This document shows, piece by piece, positions 10,316 through 19,520 of a stretch of 64,000 nt of DNA (its first letter is position 1; the number at the start of each line of letters is the position of its first letter). The DNA lies in the NCBI GenBank assembly GCA_965197905.1, contig CBDAOB010000005.1, forward strand, positions 2,048,001 through 2,112,000, given 5' to 3'. The position numbers were made by a program, and so were the translations under genes. This DNA is from Candidatus Latescibacterota bacterium (lineage in GTDB: Bacteria > Latescibacterota > UBA2968 > UBA8231). Below the pieces are notes generated by a model. It was given only the letters and a program-made list of their open reading frames with translations, ran no database searches and was not told the DNA's origin.

Positions 10316-10999
10316 TCACGCTCTGCGAACGAGCGCTCGCATCGCTCGGTACATGAATGCCAGCGACAGCAATACCCAGACTGCGGCAATCGGGTAGGCG
10401 AGCCAGCGGTAACCCCAGTAGTTGGCGAGAATACCGGCGTCCGTAGCTTCCGCCTGGCCTCCAAGATCGGTGTAGAAATCGAACAGGCTGTAGAGGCATA
10501 GCATCGTGCCCATCCAGACCGCGGCCGCCTTGGCGGTCGGCGGTGAGTAGAGTGCGGCTACCACTAGGGCTAGTCCACCGAAAATGCCGAGATAGAAATC
10601 GAGACCACCTACCGGCGTGTACCACATGGTCATGCCCATGCTCGAAGCACCCACCAAAAGCAGAGCGAAACGCTGCAGCAATGGCGCGATCGAGGTATAA
10701 ATAAGCAGCGCGCCCGCTGCCGCGGAACCTACATACCCTGCCGCACTTATGAGCGGAAAATATCCCCCTTGCGTAAGCGTGTGTCCGCCCTCGTCCCAGT
10801 TGGTTCTCATTTCCAATACTGCTCCGCCGGTCAATAAAGCCGTCCCGGCGTGACAAACCTCGTGAACGACGATGACAAAGAGGCGAAACGGTTTGATGAA
10901 TATGCTATCCCAGAGAACGAGCGCGATGAAGGCGGCACCGAGATAGAATCGGAACTTCCAGAAGATTCGAAAAACGTAGACGGCACGGTGGAACGCCAT
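10316..10999 (-). CDS. M50B-like membrane metallopeptidase
   Basis: HEVCH in a hydrophobic context, plus AGY and TDA motifs. Confidence 0.85.
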   Translation of the reverse strand: MAFHRAVYVFRIFWKFRFYLGAAFIALVLWDSIFIKPFRLFVIVVHEVCHAGTALLTGGAVLEMRTNWDEGGHTLTQGGYFPLISAAGYVGSAAAGALLIYTSIAPLLQRFALLLVGASSMGMTMWYTPVGGLDFYLGIFGGLALVVAALYSPPTAKAAAVWMGTMLCLYSLFDFYTDLGGQAEATDAGILANYWGYRWLAYPIAAVWVLLSLAFMYRAMRALVRRA

Positions 11000-11021
11000 A
11001 CAAAAACTCGTGAAAACCGGA

Positions 11022-12944
11022 CTATATCAACGCCTTCGAGGAGATCTTTTCCGCCACCAATCCAACGGCATCCGTAACCGACATGGGATCGAGATTCTCG
11101 CCGGTTCGCTGCCTAATCGTCACTTCCCCGCTCTCGGCTTCGCGGTCACCGAGTACGAGCATATAGGGCACCTTGTGAACCTGGGCTTGGCGAATTCGAT
11201 AGTTGAGGGTGGCGTCGCCGTGCAGCTCGGATCGGACGCCAGCATCCAGAAGCTTTCTGTGCACCGAGTCGCCATACTCGCCATGGCGTTCGGCGATGGG
11301 CAACACCACCGCCTGTACGGGCGCCAGCCAGACCGGGAACGCCCCGGCGAAATGCTCAATCAGAAAACCTATGGTGCGCTCGTGGGTACCTAGCAGAGCG
11401 CGATGGATACAGATCGGGTGTTCCTCCTCCCCGGCCGAGTTGGTGTAAACCAACCCCAGCCTTGCCGGAACGGCGAAGTCCACCTGGTTTGTCGAGAAGG
11501 AGAACTCGCGTCCAATGGCGCTCCAGACCTCCACATCTATCTTCGGGCCGTAGAATGCCGCCTCACCTGGAGCCTCCGTGTATTCTATGCCGCCGTTTCC
11601 CATGGCCTGGCGAACCATCTCTTCGGTCTTTGTCCAGAGTTCGGGTTCGTCCACGTACTTTTTCCCCAGCTCTTTGGGAGCATGGGTGCTAAAACGCATT
11701 ACGTACTTCTCGATGCCGAACAACTCGAAGTAATCCAGGTACAACCTGCACACCGCTAGGAATTCCTCCTCGAATTGATCCAGCGTGCAGTAGATATGCG
11801 CGTCGTTCATCTGCATCGAGCGCACCCGCATGAGCCCGAACAATTCGCCGGATTTCTCGTATCTGTAGCAGGTACCGTACTCCGACAGTCGCAGCGGGAG
11901 ATCGCGATATGAGCGCGGCACCGACCCGTAGATCTTGTGATGATGGGGACAGTTCATCGGCTTCAGATAGTACTTGACCCCCTCCAGCTCCATCGGCGGG
12001 TACATCGACTCCGCATAATACGGCAGGTGCCCCGTGCGCTCGTAGATGACATCCTTGCAGATGTGAGGTGTCCGCACCTGTTTGTAGCCGGCCCTGCGCT
12101 CCACCGCCTTGGCCAGATTCTCGAGCTCTTCGATCAGCACCGTACCTTTGGGTTGCCAGAGCGGTAAACCAGGTCCGATCTCCTCGTCGAAAAGAAACAG
12201 TTCCTGTTCCTGACCCAGTCGCCGGTGGTCCCGTTTCTTGGCCTCCTCGAGCATGTCCAGGTGGTGGTCCAGCGCTTCCCTGCTGGAAAAAGCGGTACCG
12301 TAGATACGTTGCAGCATCTTGTTCTTCTCGTCGCCCCTCCAATAGGCTCCGGCGACGCTCAGCAGCTTGAAATAACGTGCTTGACCCGTTCCCAAGATGT
12401 GCGGCCCGCGGCACAGATCGCAAAAATCACCATCCCGATAGAACGACAGGCGCTCCTCCTCTCCGATGCCCTCGAGAATCTCTAGCTTGTACGGCTCGTC
12501 CTTTAGTAGCTCTCGTGCATCTGCGGCCGGCACCTCGAAACGCTCGAACCGGTGGTTCTGTTTTACCACTCTCTTCATCTCCTTCTCGATGCTCTGCAGA
12601 TCATCCGGGGTGAACGGATTCTCGGCGTCGAAATCGTAGTAAAACCCGTCCTCGATCGCCGGGCCGATCGCCAGCTTCGTTCCCGGAAACAGTCTGAGCA
12701 CGGCCTGCGCCATGACGTGAGAAAGACTGTGCCGGAAAATCCATGGGGCATCCTCCGCCTTCCATTCGATCAACTCCACGTCGGCATCTGCTGCAAGCTC
12801 GGTGTGAAAATCGATCCGCTCGCCCTCCAATCGCGCCCCTATGCAGGTCTTTAGCAGGGTCTTGTCGGTCTCCACAAGAACCTCCTTGAGCGAAGCGCCC
12901 GCTTCAGAGTAGAGAGTTTCTCCATCGGGTTTTCTAATATTCAT
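11022..12944 (-). CDS. thrS: threonine--tRNA ligase
   Basis: HSLSHVMAQA, DLCRGPH, GAYWRGDE, KPMNCPHH, AAFYGPKID and IHRA motifs. SD AGGAG before ATG 12944. Confidence 0.97.
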   Translation of the reverse strand: MNIRKPDGETLYSEAGASLKEVLVETDKTLLKTCIGARLEGERIDFHTELAADADVELIEWKAEDAPWIFRHSLSHVMAQAVLRLFPGTKLAIGPAIEDGFYYDFDAENPFTPDDLQSIEKEMKRVVKQNHRFERFEVPAADARELLKDEPYKLEILEGIGEEERLSFYRDGDFCDLCRGPHILGTGQARYFKLLSVAGAYWRGDEKNKMLQRIYGTAFSSREALDHHLDMLEEAKKRDHRRLGQEQELFLFDEEIGPGLPLWQPKGTVLIEELENLAKAVERRAGYKQVRTPHICKDVIYERTGHLPYYAESMYPPMELEGVKYYLKPMNCPHHHKIYGSVPRSYRDLPLRLSEYGTCYRYEKSGELFGLMRVRSMQMNDAHIYCTLDQFEEEFLAVCRLYLDYFELFGIEKYVMRFSTHAPKELGKKYVDEPELWTKTEEMVRQAMGNGGIEYTEAPGEAAFYGPKIDVEVWSAIGREFSFSTNQVDFAVPARLGLVYTNSAGEEEHPICIHRALLGTHERTIGFLIEHFAGAFPVWLAPVQAVVLPIAERHGEYGDSVHRKLLDAGVRSELHGDATLNYRIRQAQVHKVPYMLVLGDREAESGEVTIRQRTGENLDPMSVTDAVGLVAEKISSKALI

Positions 12945-12970
12945 TGTTCGACTCCTGTGCCTCAAACATC

Positions 12971-13001
12971 AAAAACGCCCCCTACCGGGGAGGCAGCGGG
13001 C
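12971..13001 (-). terminator. intrinsic terminator (attenuator) in the thrS 5' leader
   Basis: Minus strand GCCC-G-CTGCC tcccc GGTAG-G-GGGC followed by GTTTTT, about 27 nt before the thrS ATG. Confidence 0.75.
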
Positions 13002-13026
13002 TTCGGAAGATCGATTTGCTGCTGAT

Positions 13027-13143
13027 CTAAAGCAGCGAGACCCGCACGGAAACATCGGTTGACTCCTCCGTAGTGAGATGTGCGGAGGGTGCCAAAGCGG
13101 TGCGCGGGGTGCCGGGTTCGATTGCCAACATTTCTCTGCTCAT
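13027..13143 (-). CDS. putative thrS leader peptide (38 aa, 5 Thr including Thr-Thr)
   Basis: MSREMLAIEPGTPRTALAPSAHLTTEESTDVSVRVSLL*, lying between the promoter and the terminator. Alternative start at 13131. Confidence 0.55.
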   Translation of the reverse strand: MSREMLAIEPGTPRTALAPSAHLTTEESTDVSVRVSLL

Positions 13144-13171
13144 CGTCGCGATTACCGTTTCAACTAGCACG

Positions 13172-13201
13172 AAATTAAGCGGCGGCTTGCGACCATGTCA
13201 A
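13172..13201 (-). promoter_or_regulatory. sigma70-type promoter for the thrS leader
   Basis: TTGACA-N18-TAATTT. Confidence 0.65.
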
Positions 13202-13245
13202 GAGCGGTTCCTCGAGTAGAACGCGGCCCAAACGCGAGGACGCTC

Positions 13246-14418
13246 CTAGTGCGGTGCGGCCTGCCGAACCGCTTCGGCGATGCGTGGGGCCACCGATTTG
13301 TCGAGGGGGGCAGGCAGGATCTTCTCCGGCTCCGGGGTCTCCACCGTATCTGCAAGCGCGTGGGCAGCGGCGAACTTCATCGCCGGATCTATGGTCGCCG
13401 CTTCAGCATCGAGCGCTCCGCGAAAGATCCCCGGAAAAGCGAGGACATTGTTTACCTGGTTGGGAAAATCACTGCGACCCGTCCCCACAATGGCGGCTCC
13501 TCCACGGCGCGCGCGGTCGGGCATGATCTCGGGCTCCGGATTCGCCATGGCCAGAATCACCGAGTCTGGGGCCATGCTGCGGACATCGTCTTCGTCCAGA
13601 AGGTTTCCCTTGCTGACCCCGATAAAGACGTCGGCTCCCTCCAGCACCTCTCGTAAAGTGCCAGTTCGATCGGCATGGTTGGTATAGGAGAGAAGCGCCT
13701 TCTTCTCGGTCGAGAGTCCATCGCGGCCGCGATGCACCGCGCCCTTGGAGTCGCAGATGACCACATCCTCCACCGATTTGCATACCGACGGATCGTACCC
13801 CACACATCTCAGCATGCGGGCGATCGCGGTGCCTGCGGCCCCGGCGCCGCTGATCACGACTCTCATTTTGGTTATCTCGCGATCCAAAACCCGGCAGGCG
13901 TTGATCAGGGCGGCCAGCAGCACGATGGCAGTACCATGCTGGTCGTCGTGAAAGACCGGAATACCCAGATCCTGCAGCTGATCTTCTACCTGAAAGCAAC
14001 GTGGAGCGGCAATGTCCTCCAGATTTATGCCTCCAAACACAGGAGCAATGCGGCGCACCGTGTCGACGATTTCATCGGGGTCCTGAGTGTCCAGACAGAT
14101 GGGCCAGGCATCGATGCCGGCGTATTCCTTGAAGAGCAGGGCTTTGCCCTCCATCACAGGGATGGAGGCCAGAGGACCTATGTTTCCCAACCCTAGAACC
14201 GCCGAGCCATCGCTCACGACGGCTACCGAATTTCGTTTGATGGTGAGGTGTTGCGCCTGGCTCGGATCGGCCGCGATCAACTCGCAAGGCCGGGCAACGC
14301 CCGGCGTATAGGCGATAGAGAGATCGTCCTGGGTTTCGATCGGAATCTTGTTGACGATCCCGATCTTACCGCGCAATTGTTTGTGAATAATAGCTGAGCG
14401 CTCGTAGAAGTCGGTCAT
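13246..14418 (-). CDS. NAD(P)-dependent malic enzyme (short bacterial type)
   Basis: YTPGVA, VMEGKALLFK, INLEDIAAP, FHDDQHGTA, GAGAAG and TGRSDFPNQVNN motifs. Confidence 0.95.
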   Translation of the reverse strand: MTDFYERSAIIHKQLRGKIGIVNKIPIETQDDLSIAYTPGVARPCELIAADPSQAQHLTIKRNSVAVVSDGSAVLGLGNIGPLASIPVMEGKALLFKEYAGIDAWPICLDTQDPDEIVDTVRRIAPVFGGINLEDIAAPRCFQVEDQLQDLGIPVFHDDQHGTAIVLLAALINACRVLDREITKMRVVISGAGAAGTAIARMLRCVGYDPSVCKSVEDVVICDSKGAVHRGRDGLSTEKKALLSYTNHADRTGTLREVLEGADVFIGVSKGNLLDEDDVRSMAPDSVILAMANPEPEIMPDRARRGGAAIVGTGRSDFPNQVNNVLAFPGIFRGALDAEAATIDPAMKFAAAHALADTVETPEPEKILPAPLDKSVAPRIAEAVRQAAPH

Positions 14419-14423
14419 GGTGC

Positions 14424-14439
14424 TGCTAGTGTCCTGTCG
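14424..14439. repeat. solo copy of the MITE terminal repeat
   Basis: TGCTAGTGTCCTGTCG is identical to 19334-19349. Confidence 0.6.
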
Positions 14440-14448
14440 GGAAGCAAT

Positions 14449-16083
14449 CTATTTCGGGCACACGAGCTCCTTGTCCAGCAGCGATTGATTGCCCGAGTAA
14501 TCCACCGGGATGTCGATCAGGTGGACACCAGGACTATCGAGACACTCCTGCAGTTTGGGGAGGAGTTGCTCGGTCTTCTCGATGCGGTGCCCATTGGCAC
14601 CGTAACACTCCGCGTATTTGACGAAGTCGGGATTGGTGTAGTCGAGTCCCCAGTTCTCGAACCCCATATCCGCCTGTTTCCATTTGATCATACCGTAGCC
14701 TGAATCGTTCAGGACGAGGACGAGAAGATCCATCTTCAGGCGAACCGCGGTCTCCAATTCCTGCGAGTTCATCATGAAACCGCCATCCCCGCATATGGCG
14801 ACCACCTTCTTGTCTGGACTGACCAACCGTGCCCCCATGGCCGAAGGCAGGCCGGCGCCCATGGTGGCCAACGCGTTGTCGAGAAGCACGGTATTCGCCG
14901 CGTGCGCTTTGTAATTGAGCGCGAACCAGATCTTGTACACCCCGTTGTCCAGGCAAATGATGCCATCGTCCAGAACCGCGCGCCGCACGTCTGCAACGAA
15001 ACGTTGCGGGACGATCGGGAAGGATTTGTCATCGATCCCTTTCGCTCTCTCCTCATCGATCCACTTCTTAACCTTCATGACGTAGGAAAAATCCCATCGT
15101 TTTTGCTTGTCGGTTCGCAGCATCAATTGCCAAATGCTGTTCCCGATATCACCGATCACTTCGAGTTGCGGGAAGTAGACGGGATCGACAGAGGCCGATA
15201 TGAAGTTGATATGAATTACCTTCAAACCGTCAGCTTCCATAAAGAACGGTGGCTTTTCCACAACATCGTGCCCCACGTTGATGATCAGATCGGAGCGTTG
15301 GATGGCACAATGCAATCTGTCGTTGGCCGACAGGGCAGCGTTGCCCAAAAACAGCGGGTGACGTTCGTCCACGACCCCTTTTCCCATCTGCGTGGTGAAG
15401 AATGGGATACTCATGTCGTCGATGAAGTGACGGAGCATCTTGGAGGTCCGTTTGCGGTTGGCCGCGGCGCCGATGAGAAGCAGGGGGCAGTCTGACTCCT
15501 CGATCATTCGCGCCGCTTTGGCCACTGCTTTCTCTTCAGGTACCGGCCGGCGAACCTTGTCCATTGGGTAGAGAGGGGTGTCGGACTCTTCGTCGGCAAT
15601 GTCCTCGGGAAGTTCCAAGTGGACCGCGCCAGGCCGCTCCTCTTCCGCCACGCGCACCGCCTCGCGAACATGGGAGGGTATGTTGCCGCCGTTGACGATC
15701 TGACGCGTGTATTTGGTCAATGGTCGCATCATGTCGACCACATCCACGATCTGGAACTGACCCTGCTTGCTCGATTTGATCGGTTTTTGACCGGTCAACA
15801 TGAGCATCGGCATCGCGCCCAACTGCGCGTACGCAGCTGCGGTCACAAAATTGGTGGCCCCCGGACCCAGCGTTGACACGCATACTCCGGTCTTGCCGGT
15901 CAACCTGCCGACCGTCGCCGCCATAAAACCCGCCGCTTGCTCGTGACGCGTCAGAATCAGCTTGATCTTCTTGGAATGTCGCAGAGATTCTAGAAAATGG
16001 AGATTCTCTTCACCTGGAATTCCGAAGATGTACTCGACCCCTTCCTCCTCCAGGGCTTTCACAAACAGGTCAGACGCTTTCAT
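14449..16083 (-). CDS. acetolactate synthase large subunit-like ThDP enzyme
   Basis: FGIPGEEN, RHEQAAGFMA, TLGPGATN and the GDGGFMM...N ThDP motif. Confidence 0.92.
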   Translation of the reverse strand: MKASDLFVKALEEEGVEYIFGIPGEENLHFLESLRHSKKIKLILTRHEQAAGFMAATVGRLTGKTGVCVSTLGPGATNFVTAAAYAQLGAMPMLMLTGQKPIKSSKQGQFQIVDVVDMMRPLTKYTRQIVNGGNIPSHVREAVRVAEEERPGAVHLELPEDIADEESDTPLYPMDKVRRPVPEEKAVAKAARMIEESDCPLLLIGAAANRKRTSKMLRHFIDDMSIPFFTTQMGKGVVDERHPLFLGNAALSANDRLHCAIQRSDLIINVGHDVVEKPPFFMEADGLKVIHINFISASVDPVYFPQLEVIGDIGNSIWQLMLRTDKQKRWDFSYVMKVKKWIDEERAKGIDDKSFPIVPQRFVADVRRAVLDDGIICLDNGVYKIWFALNYKAHAANTVLLDNALATMGAGLPSAMGARLVSPDKKVVAICGDGGFMMNSQELETAVRLKMDLLVLVLNDSGYGMIKWKQADMGFENWGLDYTNPDFVKYAECYGANGHRIEKTEQLLPKLQECLDSPGVHLIDIPVDYSGNQSLLDKELVCPK

Positions 16084-16237
16084 CAATTATCCCTCAATCG
16101 TTGCCTGCTATTCAGACAGCAGCCGGTCTGCATTAGGGAAAAACCCATACAGTATAACAAAAAGTGCTGGATCGAAAAGTCTGGGGCCCTGCAGGAGCGG
16201 GATCGTCAACCGTGCAGAATTCCCTCCGAGAACCAGC

Positions 16238-17494
16238 CTAGTGGGCAAAATCTGCTTCCAGTTCCGAAGCGACTCCTGCGATCTCAAGGAATAAATCTTT
16301 CTGCGCGGGACTCATTTCTCGGTCGCGCCTACGACCGGCCCTTTGTGCCACTTCTACTCCCTTGGCGGGGTCATACCGCTCTTCCCGATCTTCGTCTAAC
16401 CAGCTGAAGCTGGGCACGAACTTCGGGCTGCGCGACCTGAAGACGCTGCTGCAGAATCCAACAACCGCCCCCGTCGGGAACGTGACATTGATGCCGATCT
16501 TGGCATGATCTCCAGCGAAGAGGCCGACAAACTGCTCATTCGTTTCCACAGGCCTGCCGTTTATGGGCACGGACACGGTTCCATAGGTGTTCTTGAGATT
16601 GCTGTTGCTCGTTCCAGCGCCGATGTTGACCCATGCACCCAGGTAGCTGTGTCCGAGGAAACCGAGATGTTGTTTATTGGAACACTCGTGCATGATGCTG
16701 GCCGCGATTTCCCCCCCGACCTTGCAGGTTGGACCTACGGTACTCCCCTCCCGAAGAAGGGTTCCGGCTAACAGCTGGGAACCGTCTCCCACGCATGCCG
16801 GACCCTGCAGATAGGTGTTGGCGAAGATATGCACATCGCCGCCGATCCACACGGGTCCGTTGCGCGCATCTATGACCACACCCGGGTCCAGCACGCTCCC
16901 ATCTCCCACAAATACGGCGTCTTCCCCTAAAATGCGGCATCCGCTGTCGACGTCACCGAGAACCGCGGCAGAGTGTCGGTGCCGGATCCAGTCTCCTTCG
17001 ATGGCATCGCCGTTGGCTTTGACCAGGTCCCAAGGCCACTGCATCACATTGACGAGATCGTCGACCGGTTTGGCTGGCAGATCGTTCAACAGCTCCGCTA
17101 GACCGCTTTCGTCCAATAGTATCGCGGGGTTGAGTCGCTCGGCGAGACGATCGTCGGCGTATACGCAGGCGACGTCGTTTTGCTTAGTTGTCCCCACCCA
17201 GGCAGGTTCGTTGGCGTCCACGGGGGGCAGGCTTTTCCAACGCCCCCTTCCGTTGAGCAGCAAGGCGCCTCCGGTGAGTTCCTGGTTGATCTGCAGTAAG
17301 GTCTCTTCTTGCGTAACGGCGTCGATGTGTGGACGGCACCAGATCTCCACCTGACCGTCCCCGGCTTCTGCCACCAACCATTGGACCGCGTGAAGCAGAT
17401 CGGAAATTCCGCACACCAACCGGCAGGTTGGGCGTGCATACACGAGGGGCGTAAAATTGCGCCAGCGGGAATCCTCGAAAACGATCACCCGCAT
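16238..17494 (-). CDS. putative sugar nucleotidyltransferase / GlmU-like hexapeptide-repeat protein
   Basis: PLVYARP N-terminus, hexapeptide repeats and SNKQHLGFLGHSYLGAWVNIGAGTSNSNLKNTY. Immediately downstream of glmS. Confidence 0.85.
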   Translation of the reverse strand: MRVIVFEDSRWRNFTPLVYARPTCRLVCGISDLLHAVQWLVAEAGDGQVEIWCRPHIDAVTQEETLLQINQELTGGALLLNGRGRWKSLPPVDANEPAWVGTTKQNDVACVYADDRLAERLNPAILLDESGLAELLNDLPAKPVDDLVNVMQWPWDLVKANGDAIEGDWIRHRHSAAVLGDVDSGCRILGEDAVFVGDGSVLDPGVVIDARNGPVWIGGDVHIFANTYLQGPACVGDGSQLLAGTLLREGSTVGPTCKVGGEIAASIMHECSNKQHLGFLGHSYLGAWVNIGAGTSNSNLKNTYGTVSVPINGRPVETNEQFVGLFAGDHAKIGINVTFPTGAVVGFCSSVFRSRSPKFVPSFSWLDEDREERYDPAKGVEVAQRAGRRRDREMSPAQKDLFLEIAGVASELEADFAH

Positions 17495-17501
17495 CGAGCT
17501 G

Positions 17502-19334
17502 TCATTCTACGGTAACGCTCTTGGCGAGATTCCGGGGTTTGTCCACATCATGGCCGCGGAACACGGCTGCGTGATAGGCGAGAAGCTGCAGCGGTACGGT
17601 GGTTACCAGCGGTGAAAGAATGGGCAAGGTTGAGGGAACGTAGAGAACCTCTGTCGCGATCCTCTCCAAGCGGCTATCTGGTTCGGTGGCGAAAGCGATC
17701 ACCTGCCCCTGGCGACCGCAGACCTCCTCAATATTTGCCAACACCTTCTCGTAGGTGTGATCTCGCGAAGCGACGACGACCACCGGCATATCTTCGTCGA
17801 TCAGCGCGAGGGGTCCGTGTTTCATTTCGGCTGCCGGCAAACCCTCCGCATGGATATAACTGATTTCCTTGAGCTTCAGGGCACCCTCGATTGCCACCGG
17901 ATAATTGACGCCGCGTCCCAGAAACAACCAGTTGTCGCGTTCGGCGAAACGCGCCACCAGGCCCTTGACCTCGTCCTCCAGCTCCAGTGCCTGTTCGATT
18001 TTCTCCGGTATAGCGGACAGTTCGGTGATGATCTCGCTGGTGCGCTCTGCCGACAAATGACGATGGCGGCCAATATCGATCGCCATCATCGCCAGGGTTG
18101 CGAGTTGCCCGGTGAAGGCCTTGGTGCTCGCTACCCCTATTTCCGTCCCTACGTGGAGATAGACTCCGGCGTCCGTCTCACGAGCGATGGTCGAACCCAC
18201 CGCATTGACGATCCCCAGGACGGTAGCTCCCTTGGTGCGCATCTCGTGCAACGCGGCCAGGGTATCCGCTGTTTCGCCAGATTGGCTAATGAAAATCGCC
18301 ACGGTGTCGGCATCAACGATTGGATTCCGATAACGCAGCTCACTGGCGTACTCGACTTCCGTCGGAATTCGAGCCAGTTCCTCGAACAGGTACTCACCGA
18401 TGAGAGCCGCATGCCAGGCGGTACCGCACGCCGTCAGGATCAGCCGGCGACAATCGTTCCATTGCCGCTCCACCGGGTCCAGTCCGCCGAGGCGAATGCC
18501 GCTTGAAGCCGCATCCACCCTGCCTCGCATGGTGTCGCGCAGCGCCTCTGGTTGTTCGAAAATCTCCTTCAACATATAGTGGGAGTACGCCCCCAGCTCA
18601 AGTTCGTCCAGCGTCATCTCCAGCACGTCCACATCCTTCTGTACCGGCTCCGCGTCGATGGTGCTGACGTGCATCCCGTCGCCGTCCAGAAGGACAAGCT
18701 CATTGTCGTGCAGATAGACTACCTGACTCGTGTGCTCGACGATGGCGGTACCGTCGGAGGCTACCAGATACTCCCCTTCCCCAATGCCGACAATGAGCGG
18801 GCTGCCTCTGCGAGCGGCAACTAGAGTGTCGGGGCGGTCGATGCAGAGTATTGCCACACCGTAGGTCCCGATCACGTCGCGCAGCGCTCGGCGAATGCTT
18901 TCGATCAGCTCTTCACCCTGCGCGTAGAAATATCCGATCAGCTGCACCAAGGCTTCGGTATCGGTTTCGCTCTTGAAAGGCACCCCTTCGCCCTCCAGAA
19001 AAGAGCGGATCGCGTCGTGATTCTCGATGATGCCGTTGTGAACCAGGGCGATGCGCTCGCTTGCATCGAGATGCGGGTGAGCGTTGCGCTCAGTGGGCCG
19101 GCCGTGGGTCGCCCACCGGGTGTGTGCAATGCCGAGAGGTCCCCGGAGCGGCTTATCCGCCACATCCTTTCCAAGAGTGCTCACCTTGCCAGCTTGGCGC
19201 CGTACCTCAATCGCATCACCATCGATGATCGCTAAACCCGCCGAATCGTAGCCGCGGTATTCGAGCCGTTGAAGACCGTTCAACAGCACATCCGTAACCG
19301 GCTTCGATCCCAGATAACCAATGATTCCGCACAT
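17502..19334 (-). CDS. glmS: glutamine--fructose-6-phosphate transaminase (isomerizing)
   Basis: MCGIIG, LEYRGYDSAG, HTRWATHG, SQSGETADT and C-terminal KPRNLAKSVTVE. Confidence 0.98.
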   Translation of the reverse strand: MCGIIGYLGSKPVTDVLLNGLQRLEYRGYDSAGLAIIDGDAIEVRRQAGKVSTLGKDVADKPLRGPLGIAHTRWATHGRPTERNAHPHLDASERIALVHNGIIENHDAIRSFLEGEGVPFKSETDTEALVQLIGYFYAQGEELIESIRRALRDVIGTYGVAILCIDRPDTLVAARRGSPLIVGIGEGEYLVASDGTAIVEHTSQVVYLHDNELVLLDGDGMHVSTIDAEPVQKDVDVLEMTLDELELGAYSHYMLKEIFEQPEALRDTMRGRVDAASSGIRLGGLDPVERQWNDCRRLILTACGTAWHAALIGEYLFEELARIPTEVEYASELRYRNPIVDADTVAIFISQSGETADTLAALHEMRTKGATVLGIVNAVGSTIARETDAGVYLHVGTEIGVASTKAFTGQLATLAMMAIDIGRHRHLSAERTSEIITELSAIPEKIEQALELEDEVKGLVARFAERDNWLFLGRGVNYPVAIEGALKLKEISYIHAEGLPAAEMKHGPLALIDEDMPVVVVASRDHTYEKVLANIEEVCGRQGQVIAFATEPDSRLERIATEVLYVPSTLPILSPLVTTVPLQLLAYHAAVFRGHDVDKPRNLAKSVTVE

Positions 19335-19335
19335 G

Positions 19336-19503
19336 CTAGTGTCCTGTCGCAGAGATGAGTTGACAAAATTCGGCTGCCGAGGCGCACGGGTCGCAAGGCG
19401 CCTGAGCAAGTCGTACTAGTGGAGTACGGCGAGCGAAGGCAACGCCGCGACCCGGGATGGAGCGGCGGCAGTATGTTGACGGATTTCTGCGACAGGACAC
19501 TAG
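19336..19503. mobile_element. MITE-like palindromic element with 18-bp perfect terminal inverted repeats (outer CTAG included)
   Basis: CTAGTGTCCTGTCGCAGA (19336-19353) pairs with TCTGCGACAGGACACTAG (19486-19503). Internal stems are CGGGTCGC/GCGACCCG and GTCGTACT/AGTACGGC. No transposase gene. Confidence 0.8.
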
Positions 19504-19520
19504 GGATTCACCTCGCATAT

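Noticed and set aside
13088..13094. UGGCACC (T-box bulge-like) in the thrS leader
   Set aside because: It lies ~85 nt upstream of the terminator and only ~70 nt after the predicted TSS. I see no Stem I or specifier features and no T-box antiterminator pairing. The leader-peptide model fits better; a cmscan would settle it.
13105..13130. GGGTTCGATT T-loop-like motif suggesting a tRNA
   Set aside because: No acceptor, D or anticodon arms can be built, and it is antisense to the thrS leader.
19336..19520. glmS ribozyme upstream of glmS
   Set aside because: No AGCGCC...GACGAGG core is visible, and the region is explained by the inverted-repeat element.
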